Shown here one piece after another: positions 20,419-31,230 of a stretch of 64,000 nt of DNA. This stretch comes from Candidatus Bathyarchaeota archaeon (GTDB lineage: Archaea > Thermoproteota > Bathyarchaeia > Bathyarchaeales > Bathycorpusculaceae), in contig CAWEPZ010000011.1 of the NCBI GenBank assembly GCA_963811105.1, forward strand, positions 1,152,001 to 1,216,000, in the 5' to 3' direction. The notes under the pieces were generated by a model. It ran no database searches and had not been told where the DNA came from. It worked only from the letters and a program-made list of their open reading frames with translations. Each line of letters opens with the position of its first letter. Position 1 is the first letter of the stretch. Position numbers and translations under genes: made by a program.

Positions 20419-21862
20419 GTTTCTCGCCTTTTAATTGTCTGCCAATTAGTTCATCCACTGTTTTAATGAAACTTTCAACCTTGTCGATTGGAGTTTGAGC
20501 TCCTGCTGCAATATTGTGTCCTCCACCTTTGCCTCCATTCGCTTCTGAAGCTAACCGCATAACTTCTCCCAGGTTTACGCCTTTGCGAATTGCAGCTTCT
20601 GTTGTTCGTGCTGAAAATTTGGCCGCCTGCTCTTTTTCAACGTTAGCAAATGCTATGAGTGGTTTTTCGTTATTGGCTAGTCCAGAGACGATTATAGACG
20701 AGATTGTTCCAATGATTTTTTCGTTTATGAAACTTTCTCCATAGATGACGTAGATATTTTGGAGCTCTCGCATACGTTCAGGTTTTTCATTGACCCAGCC
20801 CAAATACTTGTTAATGTTCTTGCGATAGTCTTCAAGAATCTTGTTAGCTTCTTCGAGAGCTACTTTGCGGTCACCCATACAGATGGCTATGCCAAGGCTC
20901 GGTCTATCCATTCTTCCAGTTGAGTTTAACACAACTGCGAATTCTCTGGCATCCCGCAACGCGGTGTTTGGCTCTTCTTTAGTTAAAACGTAGATGTACC
21001 CAATCAAACTCTCAACCGTCAAATGTAACCCCTTAGATAACAAATGGTCAGCCAAAGCAGAGCACAAACGACGTTTTTCGTCTTCGTTTAAGTCGCGCAG
21101 CGCCCTCCACTTTTCACCTTGCTTAATGGGTATGTCTAAGCTTGCTAGGAAAGCTAAGGCTTTGTCTTCTTCTCCACTTAAGCCTGGAATAAATGGGTTA
21201 GTTGTAGTAGCCAAAGTCCGATGAATTGGCCTGGTTTCTCTGCCGAAAAAGGTTAGGTCTTTTTCAACTTTGAGTATGCCAGCTGCAACGGCGTCGTCTA
21301 CTATTATCTCATTTAGGCAGCATAGTCTTCTCTGTTCATACTTATCCTGCATATCACCCAAAGCGCCAACCAATGCTACTGGGGCCAAATCCACATTTGC
21401 AGAGTTTACTGCTTTAGCTACAAAGTAAGCAACACCTGAGCCACTAACATCACTTGCCCCATCAATTCCGAATAAATGAGGGTTTACCTGAACAAAATTG
21501 GGGTTGCTCGAGGTCCCATTCATCTGATGGTGATCAAGGATAAGCAACTTAAAGTTTGGGATTTTCTCGTTTAATAGGTCAAGGTTGCCGCTTCCAAAAT
21601 CCGTAAAAATAACCAGCTGCGGTTTGTCGGCACCGATTTCGCCAACGATTTTCTCATCAAGCTGCTGAGTAATCCTTATCCGAAACTTTGCATCAAGGCG
21701 ATATAGTACTTTGCCCAATATACCTGCAGCTGCGATGCCGTCGGCATCTAAATGCGAAAAAACGAGTATAAAGCCATCTTTGTGAGCGGTTTCCAAAATT
21801 ACTTTTGACGCCTCTGATGCTTTAGCTAAGAAGCGTTCAATAGATGCTTGCTGTGCAGCCAT
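20396..21862 (-). CDS. RecJ-like DHH phosphoesterase
   Basis: SHLDADG, FTDFGSG, LDHH, GALGDMQ, GGGHNIAAG motifs. Confidence 0.92.
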   Translation of the reverse strand: MAAQQASIERFLAKASEASKVILETAHKDGFILVFSHLDADGIAAAGILGKVLYRLDAKFRIRITQQLDEKIVGEIGADKPQLVIFTDFGSGNLDLLNEKIPNFKLLILDHHQMNGTSSNPNFVQVNPHLFGIDGASDVSGSGVAYFVAKAVNSANVDLAPVALVGALGDMQDKYEQRRLCCLNEIIVDDAVAAGILKVEKDLTFFGRETRPIHRTLATTTNPFIPGLSGEEDKALAFLASLDIPIKQGEKWRALRDLNEDEKRRLCSALADHLLSKGLHLTVESLIGYIYVLTKEEPNTALRDAREFAVVLNSTGRMDRPSLGIAICMGDRKVALEEANKILEDYRKNINKYLGWVNEKPERMRELQNIYVIYGESFINEKIIGTISSIIVSGLANNEKPLIAFANVEKEQAAKFSARTTEAAIRKGVNLGEVMRLASEANGGKGGGHNIAAGAQTPIDKVESFIKTVDELIGRQLKGEKLGSNDNT

Positions 21863-21950
21863 GCTTACGTCACGCTTTGCGTAAAGGGGCTAATTAGATT
21901 TAAAGCTGGTGTATCAGCAAAAAAAAATAAACAAAACCAAGAAAGAACGT

Positions 21951-22391
21951 TTAGGTTACAGATGCTATTTTTGGTTCGTACTTCCAGTTCTTAGCGATGA
22001 CGCCTTCACGCTTGTAATACCTTGAGAGCTTGTGGATCCTTGCTTCAATGATTTGCATGTTGCGTTTGTTGTGCAAATCCTTCTTGTTTTTGTCCAAGTG
22101 AACGGCGAGGCTTTGGGCTTTCTTCATCAGGTTTGTAAGATCCTCAGGCATTGATGGAGCTAAGCCCGCGCTTTGGAGAACGTCGCTTATGCTTTTTCCA
22201 ACTAAGGGCTTTACCAGAGGAATAGCGTATTGATCTCTAAGAATGGTGCCTATGCTGCTGAGTGAATGGCCTTCTTTGGCCAATTTTATAATAAATGATT
22301 CTACTTCTTCAGGCTGATACTTGCACCAGCTTGGAGGGCGCCTGCTGACAGGTCGCATTGAATGTGATTTTCCTTTTTCCTGCTTTGGCAA
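21951..22391 (-). CDS. rps15: 30S ribosomal protein S15 (uS15)
   Basis: KGKSHSMRP, IGTILRDQYAIP, PEDL, HLDKNKKDLHNKR, IEARIHKLSRYYK. Confidence 0.97.
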   Translation of the reverse strand: MPKQEKGKSHSMRPVSRRPPSWCKYQPEEVESFIIKLAKEGHSLSSIGTILRDQYAIPLVKPLVGKSISDVLQSAGLAPSMPEDLTNLMKKAQSLAVHLDKNKKDLHNKRNMQIIEARIHKLSRYYKREGVIAKNWKYEPKIASVT

Positions 22392-22528
22392 ATGTTACAC
22401 CTTAAACTGCACCTAAACCATAGTCCACGAATATTTAAAAGTAGCTGGTTCCAGAAGGGTGAATATCTCCACTTTTAACCTTGAAACCTCAATTTTTAAC
22501 TCTTTCAGAAGTGATTCTCTTGTCTAAG

Positions 22529-22750
22529 ATGACCGATGCATTAACCGAGTGGATTCTTTCTTTTAATTCTGGAATGATGTGGTATAACAAACTAAGTTCC
22601 CAAGCCACTAAAGATACATACTTACCAAACCCCAAAAAATATTGCGTTAAGGTAGAAAAGAATCCTGATGAGTTGATAGAGCTAAAAATTCAAGGGCTAC
22701 AAGCCATAAACACGACTAAAGAATTTCAAGCTGAAAATTTATTTGAAATA
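22529..22750 (+). pseudogene. Probable N-terminal (core-binding) fragment of a tyrosine integrase
   Basis: WYNKLSSQATKDTYL...KKYC...NPDELIELK pattern typical of archaeal integrase N-termini; no catalytic domain follows. Confidence 0.5.
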
Positions 22751-22779
22751 AGGAATCCAACACAACCGCCTAAAGTTTT

Positions 22780-23037
22780 TCACTCTTCTAAATTATATTC
22801 TTGTTTTACATGTTCATCATGTCTTTTTCGTCCTTGCTTCGAAGACACTTTGCGCAAAAAGTCACGGAGTTGTTCAACACATTCGTTTTTAAATAGGTCT
22901 ACTTCTATTTTTGGCATTTCAAGATTTTGGCAAACCTGATTCCATAGAGTTTTAATTTTATACTCTGAGAGGACAACTACAACCCCTTCGCTATTAATTC
23001 TTTCTAATTCTCGGTCAGACTCCTCTTTCGAAAGCAT
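22780..23037 (-). CDS. Hypothetical protein
   Basis: 85-aa ORF with AGGCG SD-like element; no recognised motif. Confidence 0.45.
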   Translation of the reverse strand: MLSKEESDRELERINSEGVVVVLSEYKIKTLWNQVCQNLEMPKIEVDLFKNECVEQLRDFLRKVSSKQGRKRHDEHVKQEYNLEE

Positions 23038-23281
23038 ATAATCGCCTTTCTGGAAGTTTTATTTAAACCTTCAATGGATAATTTTTAGTCGATATGTAAT
23101 AAAAATTGAGTTAAAAATAGACGTTTAGCGCTAGAGGATTAATTATTTAATCTGTTATTCTTACTTCAGCACTATGCTTCTTAAGTTTAGCCATCGCTAA
23201 ATAGACTTAAATTTTTAACTGTTGGTAGTTTTTTTAAGTAGGTAAACATCATACTAATCATAGAAAAAAGCGGTAATTAGA

Positions 23282-24299
23282 TTGAATTGGAAACTACTAA
23301 CGGCAAGTATTATTGCTCTTGTATTAACAGTAATCGTAATATCAAGTTATTATTTTTCGGTTGTTTCTGCATATTTAGGTGCAATTTACTCATTATTGAC
23401 ATTAAGTACACCGTTTATAATATTTTTTCTAACTGAATACTTACTAAAAACCAGAATCCGTTTAGACATTAAAAATGTTCACCTAATAGCAAAAGGGTTC
23501 GGTCAGACATTCACAGGTTACCAAGTTACTGCTTTAATAACGAACAAAGGCAAGAAAATTTGTTTTAACTTGGATGACTTGAAAGTCAAGATAAATGATA
23601 GTAAAGGCAATGCCCCTAACTTACTTAAAGTAACGAAGAAATTATCAGGACACCAAAGGGAACTCACAATAGAGGAAGAGAATTTTAGAAGTATAGGTTA
23701 CACTTCAATAGATGAAAAAGGCAACAAAATAAATACCATTGAAAAACTAAGAAAAGACGATAAATACATCTTAATTTTTCCTTACGAAACTAAGACGGAT
23801 ATAAAAAATGGCAATAAAGAAACTGGATTTTCTTCACATACGGAATATTTGCTAGACCTTAACAAGGATGAGGAATACTCAGGAGAAATAATAGTCAAGG
23901 GTGAAGATTCCGAAAAAAATACTGTTTTAAAATCTGTGTCCTTCAAGATTAAAGTATTGCCAATTGAAATTACGACTACAAAAGACCTAGATGCCATTCT
24001 TTTAATGAATCAAATCGTAGGACTAGAAAAGCGAAGTAAACCAGAAAAATTCCAGAATTCAATTTCTTAACGATAGCATTACTTTACACCAAAAAAGAAT
24101 TAATGAATTAACCAGCGATGTTATTAAGAAAGACGTTGAGATCAAACAACTTAGCAGACAAATTAGTAGTATGTCAAGCCAAGTGGAACAGGCAAAGATG
24201 CAAATTGAAAAATTAACAAGGGAAGAAGGAGAACTTATTCGAATTAATGAAAAGTTAATGAAGGATTTGAAGGAAAATCCTAGAATTATTGTTAAATGA
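23282..24299 (+). CDS. Membrane-anchored hypothetical protein with C-terminal coiled coil, one frameshift near 24028
   Basis: Two N-terminal TM helices and a beta-rich middle. Removing one A at GAAAAGC continues the frame as EVNQKNSRIQFLNDSITLHQKRINEL... to TGA 24299. Confidence 0.6.
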
Positions 24300-24871
24300 C
24301 CTCATATTTTTGCCCTTGCTTTTTTGCCAACTTTAGAAGTGAGATGAGCGAAAAGGGAATCAAATTTGCTGACGGCATAAAGGACAAACTGCGGGGACAT
24401 TTATTGTAAGTCCAAACTTAGATGTCTCTACGGAATGAAAATTAAATGTGGATTGACATTTCGGACATTTGGAAGTAGAGCCTACAGAGAAAAAATTAAC
24501 CTTAGCAGATATGCAAGAACTTTATAGCCCAACTTCAAAAGCATCCAAAGACATGAGGAGTATAAGAAAAAAACCTTAGCTGAAAAGCATCTAGAAACTA
24601 GTGAAGAGAACTTAGACCAATCCGTTTATAGTGACGATAAAGAAGCACCACTCAAGAAAATACTGATTTAGAAGAGGATGAATCCTTTTTAGATGAAGAG
24701 GATATGGACTGGTAAATTTCAAAGTTTTTTGAATAGTAAGTTAGTAGAATATAGAAGGAAGCCAAAAAAAAATGAGAAACAAACAAGAAACCGAAAATAA
24801 AGGAAGAGTACCTCTCTGAGTTGGATTAAAAGTAATCCTTAATAATGAAAAAAGCAAGATTTGGAAAATAT

Positions 24872-25489
24872 TTAGGTCCTCTTCTTTTTATTCCACTCAG
24901 CAAATTTCCGAATAGCCATTGCCCGATGCGAGAAACCGTTCTTCTCCTTGATTGTCATTTCTGCAAACGTTTTGCTGCTTCCAGTTGGCTGAAAAACAGG
25001 GTCAAAACCGAAACATGCTTTCCCTTTTTGTTTGCGTTCGGCTAGGGTTATTTCGCCTACGGATTCGCCGCTAAAACACATCGGCTCGCATAAGGTTTCG
25101 TCTACATAAGCTATAACTGACTCGAACTTCGCCCGTCTGTCTGCCATTCCTTCCATGAGTTTGAGCATACCGCTATTGTGGATAGTCTTGTAAACGTAAG
25201 CCGCATATGGCCCTGGAAAACCAGTGAGCGTATCAATAAATAAGCCTGCGTCTTCTACAAAAATCGGAAGCTTTGTGTTTTTGTATGCATTTATTACGCT
25301 TTTTTGGGCGATTTCTTTTAGGCTATCGCTTTGAACTTCATCTCCCTTAACACGCAGCAGCGCCACTGTTAAGCCGTATGGGCTAAGAATGCTTCGGGCT
25401 TCATTAAATTTGTTGATGTTGCCCGTTGCAAAGAAGACAACCTTGTTTGATAAACCGAAGGTTCGATTATTGTTTTCTTTCTTCGACAT
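24872..25489 (-). CDS. rdgB: Non-canonical purine NTP pyrophosphatase (RdgB/HAM1)
   Basis: FATGNINKF, VEDAGL, GFPGPY, FGFDPVF, SHR motifs. Confidence 0.95.
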   Translation of the reverse strand: MSKKENNNRTFGLSNKVVFFATGNINKFNEARSILSPYGLTVALLRVKGDEVQSDSLKEIAQKSVINAYKNTKLPIFVEDAGLFIDTLTGFPGPYAAYVYKTIHNSGMLKLMEGMADRRAKFESVIAYVDETLCEPMCFSGESVGEITLAERKQKGKACFGFDPVFQPTGSSKTFAEMTIKEKNGFSHRAMAIRKFAEWNKKKRT

Positions 25490-26126
25490 AGCGGCCACGC
25501 TTCTCTATCTCCCTGATTTTCGCATAAACGTTTTCAGCCTCCTCAACTCCCAAAACCGACGAATAGCCAGATAAGACTTTCTTGAAGCATGATTCCCAAA
25601 CCAAATAATGCGTACTCTGAAGCGCTCGCTTCATTAAATGCAAATCCACACCTTTCGCCTCCACTTCGCAGTTTTTTTCACCTAAACCGAAGTCAATAAA
25701 AAATATTTTGCCTTCAGGATTAAGAATCATGTTCGAAGTTGTTAAATCGCCGTGGATTAAGCTGTGTCTGTGAAGTTTCCCGATTAATTCGCCGATTTTG
25801 AAACATAATTCATTTCGCCTTTCTTCTGAAGCTTCATTGAGCAATTGTTTGATTTGCTCTCCCTCCACATACTCCATTATAATGGAAGCTTGGGGCACGT
25901 TAACCATATAAATCAGCGGAGTCGGCACCCCTGCTGTTTTAGCTTCATGAATCAATTGCGGTTCATGAACGGTACGATAACTCCGAATTTGCTCATCTAA
26001 TGCAAGGGGACGATATCTTTTTGGGATTCGCACCTTAATAACAACTTTCTTGCCATGCCACTCGGCAAGATAAAGACTGGCTTCTGCCCCTTTTTTAAAC
26101 AGCGTTAACTCGACTACTGTATCCAT
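25467..26126 (-). CDS. bud32: KEOPS kinase Bud32
   Basis: KGAEA, HGDLTTSN, IDFGL and RGRY motifs. Confidence 0.95.
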   Translation of the reverse strand: MDTVVELTLFKKGAEASLYLAEWHGKKVVIKVRIPKRYRPLALDEQIRSYRTVHEPQLIHEAKTAGVPTPLIYMVNVPQASIIMEYVEGEQIKQLLNEASEERRNELCFKIGELIGKLHRHSLIHGDLTTSNMILNPEGKIFFIDFGLGEKNCEVEAKGVDLHLMKRALQSTHYLVWESCFKKVLSGYSSVLGVEEAENVYAKIREIEKRGRYVEERKQ

Positions 26127-27148
26127 GGTACATCTACCTTATCCACACGCCAGCGAAGCTTAACATAACTCTCATTCAAAGGAGTAACCAACCCATGACT
26201 GTAAGCCAAAACGCCCGTCCATGCAATCATTGCACCGTTGTCTGTTGCAAACTGAAGCGGAACTACTCTAAACCGTGCACTATGCTCCTGTGAAATAACT
26301 TCAAGCATAGACTGTAACCGTTTGTTAGCTGCTACCCCACCAGTTAACAAAACCTCTTTCTTTTCGGTGTGTGCCAATGCTCGCTCTGTGACTTCGGTAA
26401 CCATTGAGAAAGCATATTCCTGAAGGCTATAACACAAATCTTCCAGGCACCATTTGCCCTCATGCAGCCGGGCCGTCGCCGCCGTCAGCAAACCGCTAAG
26501 AGACAAATCCATACCTTTAACAAGATAGGGCAAAGAAACCAAATTTTCACCTTTAGCAGCCAACTGTTCTACCGCAGCTCCAAGCGGTAACCCCTTCTTG
26601 TGCTTAAGACCCGCTTCTCTTGCAAAAACGTCCAAGCAGTTTCCTAAGGCTATATCTAGAGTTTCACCAAAAACTCTGTAGCGTCCAGATTCAAAAGCCG
26701 TAACCATCGTGTTACCGCCTGAAACATAAAGAGTTACGGGGTCCTTAGCGCTGGTTTCCAGCTTCCCAATTTCAATATGCGCCACAGAATGGTTAACCCC
26801 TACAAGCGGAATGTTAAGGTAAGAAGCTAAAGCCCGAGCGACAGTTGCTCCTGTACGCAAAGAGGGTCCTAACCCTGGTCCTTGAGAGAACGCGATAACC
26901 GTTAAGTCACTTGGTTTCAAGCTTGCGGCGGTTAAGGCTTCCTTCAAGACTTTGTCAGCTACTTCAGAGTGGTGTCTTGCGGCTTCTCTAGGGTGGATTC
27001 CGCCTTCTGCAGGAATGTAGCTGTCTGATTTGTTGGCTAGTATTTTGCCTTCGAATGTCGCTATACCAACGCCAAAATCGTCTGCCGAAGATTCTATCCC
27101 TAAACTGTAAGCTCTTTCATTGTTCTGCTGTTTTTGCGTGTTCTTCAT
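26114..27148 (-). CDS. kae1: tRNA N6-adenosine threonylcarbamoyltransferase Kae1
   Basis: GGIHPREAARHH, GPGLGPSL, VNHSVAHIEIG, VSGGNT, DNGAMIAW. Confidence 0.97.
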   Translation of the reverse strand: MKNTQKQQNNERAYSLGIESSADDFGVGIATFEGKILANKSDSYIPAEGGIHPREAARHHSEVADKVLKEALTAASLKPSDLTVIAFSQGPGLGPSLRTGATVARALASYLNIPLVGVNHSVAHIEIGKLETSAKDPVTLYVSGGNTMVTAFESGRYRVFGETLDIALGNCLDVFAREAGLKHKKGLPLGAAVEQLAAKGENLVSLPYLVKGMDLSLSGLLTAATARLHEGKWCLEDLCYSLQEYAFSMVTEVTERALAHTEKKEVLLTGGVAANKRLQSMLEVISQEHSARFRVVPLQFATDNGAMIAWTGVLAYSHGLVTPLNESYVKLRWRVDKVDVPWIQ

Positions 27149-27233
27149 GGTATTCCACGTTTCTTAGGGGATACATATTTTTATTTGGATTCAACGCTTA
27201 TATTCTAATTGCATTATTTGGAATTGATATTAG

Positions 27234-27695
27234 ATGCCTAAGCGTAATGACCTTGAACAGAAAGCACTCCATTATGTGGTAAATACAGGTTATCAAGGAG
27301 TACTTCAATCAGATTTATGGCGTGAATTAGGTGCAAGTAGCCGAGAAGGTTCACGCGTCTCGATTAAACTGGAAGAAAAAGGGTTAATCCGCAGAGAGAA
27401 AGAACTGCAAGAAGGCAGATGGACTTATCGGCTTTACCCTAAAAGGCTTCCGGCATCCATAGAAACTATCATTGACTGTCCCTGTTTACTTTGTCCAGAC
27501 AACGCACGTTGCGACCCAACAACTGCACTTTCACCTAAAACCTGTCCAAAACTTACTGATTGGATACTCAACTTAGGAAGAGACCCCGTCGCTGTGCCCG
27601 TTACTTCTCCAACTGAACTAGACCCGCCAAGAGATCCAAGCATGGAAAGCACAGAAGAGGACGAATCAGATGCCCAAAGCTTGGATCCAAGATAG
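27234..27695 (+). CDS. TFE beta subunit (RPC34/C39-like winged helix plus Fe-S domain)
   Basis: GVLQSDLWREL winged helix followed by PCLLCPDNARC...SPKTCPKLTDW four-Cys cluster. Confidence 0.75.
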   Translation: MPKRNDLEQKALHYVVNTGYQGVLQSDLWRELGASSREGSRVSIKLEEKGLIRREKELQEGRWTYRLYPKRLPASIETIIDCPCLLCPDNARCDPTTALSPKTCPKLTDWILNLGRDPVAVPVTSPTELDPPRDPSMESTEEDESDAQSLDPR

Positions 27696-28284
27696 AAAAC
27701 GCGAATACTACTATAAAAAAGCCAAAGAAGAAAACTACCGCTCCAGAGCCACATACAAGCTATCTCAAGCTAACGAGAAATACGGTTTTATTCGAAGGGG
27801 CGACATAGTTGTTGATTTAGGCGCGGCACCAGGTGGCTGGATTCAAGCAGCAAGAAAAATGACTGGAAAAAACGGTTTCGTTTTAGGCGTTGACTTAAAA
27901 CCAATTGACCCTTTCACTCAGGAATATATTCGAACCATAATTGCAGACTTCACGGAACCAGATATCTGTGAGCAGATAAATTCTTTTCTTCCTCGAAAAG
28001 CAGACGTCGTAATTTCTGATGCTGCACCAAACATTACTGGCGTTTGGGAAGTTGACCACGCAAAACAAATCGACTTAGCAACTAAAGCATTAGAAATAGC
28101 TCAATGCATACTACGACCAGAAGGCAATTTTTTTGTCAAACTCTTCGAAGGCGAAATGTTTAACGACTTTATTCTTACAGTAAAGGAACTTTTCGAGACA
28201 GTTAAGATTGTGAAGCCTCAAGCTAGCCGGCAAAAAAGCTCTGAAATGTACCTTTTGGCTTTAGGCTTGAAAGCCAAGGGATAA
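27670..28284 (+). CDS. rlmE: 23S rRNA 2'-O-methyltransferase RlmE/FtsJ
   Basis: YRSRATYKL, DLGAAPGGW, SDAAP, ASRQKSSEMY. Confidence 0.95.
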   Translation: MPKAWIQDRKREYYYKKAKEENYRSRATYKLSQANEKYGFIRRGDIVVDLGAAPGGWIQAARKMTGKNGFVLGVDLKPIDPFTQEYIRTIIADFTEPDICEQINSFLPRKADVVISDAAPNITGVWEVDHAKQIDLATKALEIAQCILRPEGNFFVKLFEGEMFNDFILTVKELFETVKIVKPQASRQKSSEMYLLALGLKAKG

Positions 28285-28553
28285 TGCGAAGAAGAAAGCT
28301 AATTTCTTCTCATAGCTTCGCTTTCAGTGCTGGCTAACCCATCATACACTGAGTCGTCTTTTGGTTGATAAACCCAGTTCTGAGGAGGGCTAAAAGATAC
28401 TTTAATACAAACTTCATAGTTTGGCACATAGTTTTGCATTGAGCGCCGAAAAGTGCTAACAAAGGTTAAATTGTTAGAAACGATAAACCATTGTGCGCGA
28501 GAATTTCATGCACCAAGAATTCGATCCGTGAACCAAAAGAAGGCTTACCTAAC

Positions 28554-29104
28554 ATGAAACTTGACTTGGCCTTTTGGAAAAACGCCTCATCTAAACGTAA
28601 GAGAATCTACTTCACTATCTTCATTTTTCTAGTTGCGCTTATCGTCACAGTTGTCGGGAAGTTATATACCGCTCAGTCATCAAGACGCAAAGACATTAAG
28701 TGACCAGGTAAATGCAACATTAAATACTCATAGATCAGACAATACCTTAACCCAATACATTTTTCTAAATAACTTTGAAATTTGCTTGGTAATGTTTGTT
28801 CCATTTATCGGGCCTGTAATAGGATTATTTATACTATTTGATACTGGCGTGGCGCTTGGCGCAATAGCATCTGTACAAGGCTACCCTGTATGGTTTGGTT
28901 TGCTAAACCTAATACTTACGCCTGTGTTTGGCTTGAATTTACTGCCTATTCCACTGCAATAGCAGAAAGCATCTGGCTACTCCGCAGACTAATTCAGGGG
29001 CGTTGGCGAGAACTGAAAAACACAGGGATACTAATCGGCATCTGTGCAGCATACTAATCATAGGAGCAATAGTGGAAGTTTGGCTGATAAGTATTGCTGG
29101 CTAA
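28554..29104 (+). CDS. SpoIIM-like (DUF95) membrane protein, frameshifted in this sequence
   Basis: TM segments with IFLNN...PFIGP spread over several frames; breaks near 28657 and 28930. Confidence 0.6.
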
Positions 29105-29129
29105 CCCTGAAGTGTCAAACAAGCTTTTT

Positions 29130-29986
29130 TTAGTCTTTTACTATTTCCAAGCTTATGTCCAGTGCCTCTACACTATGAGTAAGCGCTCCCAAACTGATAA
29201 CGTCAACTTTTGCAGTTGCATACTCCAAAAAGTTTTCGCTCGTGATTCTTCCACTCACTTCCAACAATACGTCGCCGAACCCAGACTTTCCTTAACATTT
29301 CCTCAGTATCATTCGCCTGCTGTGGAGAAAAATTATCCAGCATAACAATGTCAGCTCCTGCTTTTGCTGCTTTAAGTGCATTGTCGGCTCGTCTGACCTC
29401 AACTTCAATTTTTTTGGTGAACGAAGCAATCGCTTTTGCCTTCTTAACCACACTTTCCACGCTTCCAGCAATGGCCAAGTGATTGTCTTTAATCAAAATC
29501 ATGTCGTCCAAATGTAGCCTATGTGGGTCGCCGCCGCCAATGAGAACCGCTTTCTTGTCAAAATACAACAGCCCCGGTGCTGACTTGCGGGTAGCGGCAA
29601 TCCGAGCTTTCGAACCTGACAACTTCAGTTTCTTGGCCAACGCTCTTGTTGTTGTGGCAATGCCGCTCATTCTTGAAAGGAGATTCAGCAGTGTTCTCTC
29701 AACTTGATAAAATGGTCTGAGCATCACCAAAAACCTCGATTAAAACCTGTTTGTTTTGAATTTCGTCGCCGTCAGCAACTTTAGCTTTAACTTTCAACCC
29801 CAAATATTCAGCAAGAACAACGGCCTCTTCTATCCCGGCTACCACACCTCCCTCTTTAGCAATAACTAATGCCTTCACAATCAGTTCTGATGGAACAATT
29901 GCTCCAAATGTTACATCTCCTTGCCCAATGTCTTCCGAAAGTATTTGCTTAAGCTTCTCTTCCAGAATTTTCCGAGGAACAAACAT
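29130..29986 (-). CDS. nadC: Nicotinate-nucleotide pyrophosphorylase, two frameshifts (probably sequence errors)
   Basis: EDIGQGDVT, ERTLLNLL, MSGIAT, ATRKS, HRLHLDD, IKDNH, IEVEV, MLDNF, DVISLGALTHS; single extra bases near 29702 and 29289. Confidence 0.9.
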
Positions 29987-30082
29987 GACTTGTATTTTGC
30001 TGACTAAGCTTTTAAATTGCTTGCTTTTCAGGCAGAACATGGGATAATTAAAATAAACCCGCCGATCTATTCTGTAGGCGTC

Positions 30083-31222
30083 ATGCGATTATTGCTTAGC
30101 TGTTCAGAACTTGGTTTAGGCCATGTTTCCCGTATCATTCCTTTAGGAAAACGACTGCAAAAGCATGGCCATGAAATGTTCTTCTTTTCAGGAGGCAAAG
30201 CTCACGAAATACTCCAAAAGGAGTTTTCGCACGTTTACAAATGCACACCAATATCTTGGTACGAAAACGCATACGGCATTATCACTTCCGCGTCACTAAT
30301 CAACCTGTTCTTTCCTTTGCCTTTATTCAACACCGAGAAAAATAGGCTCGAGATAAAAAATTCCAACGCATGGGAAACAATACATCGCTATTACGATCTA
30401 AGAGAAAACATTCGTGACATCGCACCGGACCTGCTTATCGCTGATGGCGACATAAATGCACTTAGACTCGCTCAGAGATGGAGAATCCCTTCCGTCTATA
30501 TAGCTAACATTATAAGACCAAGTTACGGGTTCTCCGCTCTTCTTAGTCCAGGAGAACGCTTGGTTGAACGATATGTCAAAAACTGTTCAAAAATCATTAT
30601 ACCAGATAATCCGCCGCCGTACACTATTTCAGAATACAGCGTAGGAAACATGGCTGGGATGGGCTTAGATGGAAAAGTGGAGTTTACTGGAAGCTTTGTT
30701 GACACAACGTATGTAAAGGGGTCTAAAGAACACATTTTTGCACCTATAAGTGGACCGCCAGGTACAAGAGGAAAACTTCTAAAAACCCTTCTTCCAGTTC
30801 TTGAAAAACTCAAAAGCAAATGTGTCATAAGTTTAGGCACGCCAGGAAAAAAAGTGACAACAAGAATTGGAAATTGTGAACTTCATACATGGCTATCTCA
30901 AGAAGAACGAACAGCATATATGAAAAACGCTAAATTTGTCATTTTTAGCGGTGGACATGCAACATGCTTTGAAACCATCAAATATGGCAAACCAAGCATT
31001 TGTATTCCAACACAACCTGAACAATTGGGTAATGCAGCGAAACTTCAAGATTTAAACTGCTCAATTACTGCTAAAAATAAAAAAGAGTTGCAGAAGGCTG
31101 TTCAAAGAATAGAGAGTGAGCAGGAATCCTTCAATCGGAACATGTTAGCGCTCAACGAGTTCTCTAATAAGTTTAAGGGTTTAGACAGTGCGGTCTCAAT
31201 TATTGAAACCCTACTAGATTAA
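30083..31222 (+). CDS. GT-B glycosyltransferase (MurG/GT28-like)
   Basis: GLGHVSR, SGGHAT, IPTQPEQLGNA motifs. Confidence 0.85.
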   Translation: MRLLLSCSELGLGHVSRIIPLGKRLQKHGHEMFFFSGGKAHEILQKEFSHVYKCTPISWYENAYGIITSASLINLFFPLPLFNTEKNRLEIKNSNAWETIHRYYDLRENIRDIAPDLLIADGDINALRLAQRWRIPSVYIANIIRPSYGFSALLSPGERLVERYVKNCSKIIIPDNPPPYTISEYSVGNMAGMGLDGKVEFTGSFVDTTYVKGSKEHIFAPISGPPGTRGKLLKTLLPVLEKLKSKCVISLGTPGKKVTTRIGNCELHTWLSQEERTAYMKNAKFVIFSGGHATCFETIKYGKPSICIPTQPEQLGNAAKLQDLNCSITAKNKKELQKAVQRIESEQESFNRNMLALNEFSNKFKGLDSAVSIIETLLD

Positions 31223-31230
31223 AGCTATGG

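Larger units (their letters stand above)
22440..24865. mobile_element. Second AT-rich accessory insert between rdgB and rps15
   Basis: Lower GC, orphan and broken ORFs, integrase-like fragment at the left border; boundaries approximate. Confidence 0.55.

Noticed and set aside
22434-24840. TTAAAAGTA at both ends of the second insert and the GGATTA-AAAG-TAATCC dyad as att sites
   Set aside because: Only 9 bp in AT-rich DNA, and the left copy overlaps the probable rps15 TATA box; too weak to call.
28299-28439. 46-codon minus-strand ORF (MQNYVPNYEVC...)
   Set aside because: No clear SD or recognisable motif; cannot be distinguished from chance.
28554-29986. Programmed frameshifting or pseudogenisation of nadC and the SpoIIM-like gene
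   Set aside because: At least four single-base indels cluster in about 1.1 kb across two unrelated genes, mostly in short homopolymers, with otherwise conserved proteins. Local sequencing error is the simplest explanation.
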